Shown: positions 28,445 to 30,636 of the stretch, in pieces
Position numbering within the stretch: position 1 is the stretch's first letter
Layout of the letters: each line of letters starts with the position of its first letter
Assembly (NCBI GenBank): GCA_963933695.1
Contig: CAWVXN010000001.1
Location: 1 to 30,636, forward strand
Direction: 5' to 3'
DNA from: an uncultured Myxococcales bacterium
GTDB taxonomy: Bacteria > Myxococcota_A > UBA9160 > UBA4427
Length of the DNA: 30,636 nucleotides
The notes under the pieces: model-generated
Databases searched by the model: none
What the model was told of the DNA's origin: nothing
Seen by the model: only the letters and a program-made list of their open reading frames with translations
Made by a program: the position numbers and the translations under genes

Positions 28445-29265
28445 GATGACGATCCTCCCTTGGCTCGCCGCGCGAGCGTATCGCGATAAGCACTCTCGAT
28501 ATTCGCCTCAAGGCAGTCCTCCACACCCGCGCTTGAACAAAGTTTCACGATCGGAAAGATTCGACGCTCCAGGTCGATTCCGCCTGTGGCTCGATCCTCA
28601 TCCGCAGCCGCGGTCAGTGCGTCTACAGCAAGCTTGGCTGCCGACTCCTGATCCATATCGGATCGCCAGCCCTGCTTGATCGTTTCCCGAGCGTAGATAC
28701 CACCCGAACCTGTCGCATCGAATTCGGCCTCCTCATAGCGTCCACCCGTAATATCGAATTTCCAGAGTCGACCACTGCGCCGGCGCAGATCGAACCCTGC
28801 GAAAAGGGGAACAACTGCCAGACCCTGCATGGCCGCAGGCAGATTTTGACGGATCATCTGGGAAAGCTTGTTGGCCTTGCCGTCAAGCTCAAGCGCTTGG
28901 CCTTCGATCTTCTCGTAGTGCTCGAGTTCGACCGACAGAACCTTCGCCATTTCAATCGATGGCCCGGCGGCTCCTGAAATTGCCATACAGGAATGACTAT
29001 CGGTTGCGAATACTTTGACCACGTCCCTAGAGGCAACCGAGTGACCCGCGGTCGCAAGCCGATCCCCCGCAACCAACACTCCGCCCTCATAGCGCATGGC
29101 AAGAACAGTCGTACCGTGCGGAATCGAATCGATCGGCCCTTGGCCCATCGCCGAGATGTTCGGCATTAGCTGCGGCTGTTCGACCTGCAACAGTTCGAAG
29201 AAGCTTGACCCCTGATAATTCCCTCGCCAGTCCACCGGTTCCCCCCCCGAGCAAGGCCGCAGCAT
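28441..29265 (-). CDS. prcB: 20S proteasome beta subunit with a 51-aa propeptide
   Basis: Autoprocessing site PHG/TTVLA. Mature Thr1, Asp17, Lys33 and Gly47 are in register; ATGSGG and AADEDRATGG are present. Confidence 0.96.
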   Translation of the reverse strand: MLRPCSGGEPVDWRGNYQGSSFFELLQVEQPQLMPNISAMGQGPIDSIPHGTTVLAMRYEGGVLVAGDRLATAGHSVASRDVVKVFATDSHSCMAISGAAGPSIEMAKVLSVELEHYEKIEGQALELDGKANKLSQMIRQNLPAAMQGLAVVPLFAGFDLRRRSGRLWKFDITGGRYEEAEFDATGSGGIYARETIKQGWRSDMDQESAAKLAVDALTAAADEDRATGGIDLERRIFPIVKLCSSAGVEDCLEANIESAYRDTLARRAKGGSSS

Positions 29266-29288
29266 ACTATGCCCCGGCCGAAAAAAAA

Positions 29289-29495
29289 TTACTGGCCTCC
29301 CCGCTGGACGTAGTTCTTAACGAACTCTTCGGCATTCTCTTCAAGAACCGAATCGATCTCTTCCATCAAGGAGTCCATGTCTTCTTTGAGTTCTTCACCC
29401 TTTTTGGCCATCTTCTGGCCTCCTTCGGACTCGGCCTCTGGAGAATCACCGCCATCTCCCTTGGACTTCTTCTTCTGTTCACCGGCTGCTGCCAT
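29289..29495 (-). CDS. pup: Prokaryotic ubiquitin-like protein Pup (GGQ type)
   Basis: MAAAGEQKKK...DMDSLMEEIDSVLEENAEEFVKNYVQRGGQ-stop, located between dop and prcB. An alternative start at ATG 29555 has the better SD. Confidence 0.95.
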   Translation of the reverse strand: MAAAGEQKKKSKGDGGDSPEAESEGGQKMAKKGEELKEDMDSLMEEIDSVLEENAEEFVKNYVQRGGQ

Positions 29496-29596
29496 CCAAA
29501 TCGAAGCTGAACTATTTGAGTCATTCCGGGAATATTGATTTATAAATCGTGCCATAGGATGTTACCTCTGTCGCCATTTCGACTACGAATAGCTTA

Positions 29597-30636
29597 TTAA
29601 AAATTCAGGTTAGCCAGCAGTTCGGACGCAGAACTCGACTGATTCAACAAATCCTCGACATGTGCTCTACTGCCTTTAAGCGGCTCACTCATCATTATTC
29701 GCCTGACAGGTTCCTCGCCCACAGAGAAGGAGATCGAGTCCCAGTTGACTCCGAATACCTCCTTAGGAAACCTCCGCAGGCACTCACCCCGAAAGAAAGC
29801 TCTCGTATCGACCGGCGGGCGGTGAACTGCCTCTATAATCTCATCGTCAGTGCAGATCCTTTCCATACGGCCTTCTCGCTCCAGCATATAGTAAAGGCCT
29901 TTATCGGGCCGTGTGTCGTGATACTGAAGGTCGAGCATCTGTACTTTCGGATCTTCCCAATCGAGGCCCTTGCGTTCAATGAAACTCTCAAGAAGGAGCT
30001 TCTTGGCTACCCAGTCTATTTCTCGAGCCAGGTCCATCGGATCTTCCTGGAGAGATGTCATGACATGCTGCCACTTGTCGAGCACGTCCATCGCCACCGG
30101 ATCCAACTTGTTCCTCGCCGCGTAGGTCAGCGCCATTTCGAGGAACTCGTTCTGCATCTGAATCGCGGTCATGCGCTTCCCATTATCAAGCTGCAGTTCG
30201 GCTTTTAGTGTGGGATCGTGAGAGACTTCCTTAATTGACCTAACCGGATTGCTTAGCGAAAGGTCTCGGTCAATTGCGCCATCTTCAATCATCGACAGGA
30301 TAATCGCAGTTACACCGTTCCTGAGGTAAATCGTGTATTCGCTCATATTCGAGTCGCCGACAATCATGTGGAGACGTCGATATTTCTCTCTATCTGCGTG
30401 AGGCTCATCCCTGGTATTGATAATTGGGCGCTTGACCATCGTATCCAGCGCGACTTCTGTCTCAAAGAAATCGGCACGCTGGCTTATCTGAAAGTCACAG
30501 GGGTGATTTCGATTCTCGCTCCCCACCTTGCCAGCACCGCAATAAATTTGGCGCGTGGCAAAAAAGGGCAGCAAATTTTCGACAATACGCTTGAATGAAG
30601 TACGGCGGTCCATGAGGTAATTCTCATGACAGCCAT
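29597..30636 (-). CDS. dop: Pup deamidase/depupylase Dop (3' part; the 5' end is beyond the window)
   Basis: The frame continues to the edge as [12 protein letters not shown]. Dop-type motifs: [61 protein letters not shown]. Double TAA stop. Confidence 0.92.
   Translation of the reverse strand, partial: [345 protein letters not shown]

Noticed and set aside
29270-29291. T8 run right after the pup stop as an attenuator separating pup from prcB
   Set aside because: No stable hairpin precedes the U-tract, and the homopolymer length may be an assembly artefact.
29289-29495. Calling the tag UBact rather than Pup
   Set aside because: The C-terminus EIDSVLEENAEEFVKNYVQRGGQ follows the Pup pattern, not the UBact YRQRxG[E/Q] pattern.

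Overview
A 30.6 kb, gene-dense core-genome region of a diderm (Gram-negative) bacterium. BamD, MltG, PgpA and a PilT-family ATPase mark it as diderm; DUF1844-ispE and pgpA-cinA-recA-pilT-alaS suggest a deltaproteobacterial-grade lineage (Myxococcota/Desulfobacterota-like; inference). Most genes are on the minus strand. From right to left: a Pup-proteasome operon in actinobacterial gene order (dop [partial]-pup-prcB-prcA-pafA), a small bitopic coiled-coil protein, an orphan mreB, a class I (archaeal/spirochaete-type) LysRS, ruvX-mltG (+), pgpA-cinA-recA-pilT-alaS-ispG (long three-domain form), bamD-cvpA (+), a small acidic protein, a PIP-synthase-like CDP-alcohol phosphotransferase, DUF1844-ispE-tRNA-Gln-prs-rplY-pth, and an Mrp/Mnh Na+/H+ antiporter operon (E-F-G-B'-B-C-D-D, running off the left edge). 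The most notable item is an apparently intact GGQ-type Pup/Dop/PafA/20S proteasome system in a diderm host, with a Dop that has a PafA-like catalytic core. Also notable: a probable CTG start for pth, an open start-less frame upstream of pgpA, and a structured, G-rich recA-pilT spacer. No transposase, integrase, prophage or CRISPR array was seen. All family calls come from motif recognition by eye and recalled reference sequences, not from database searches.
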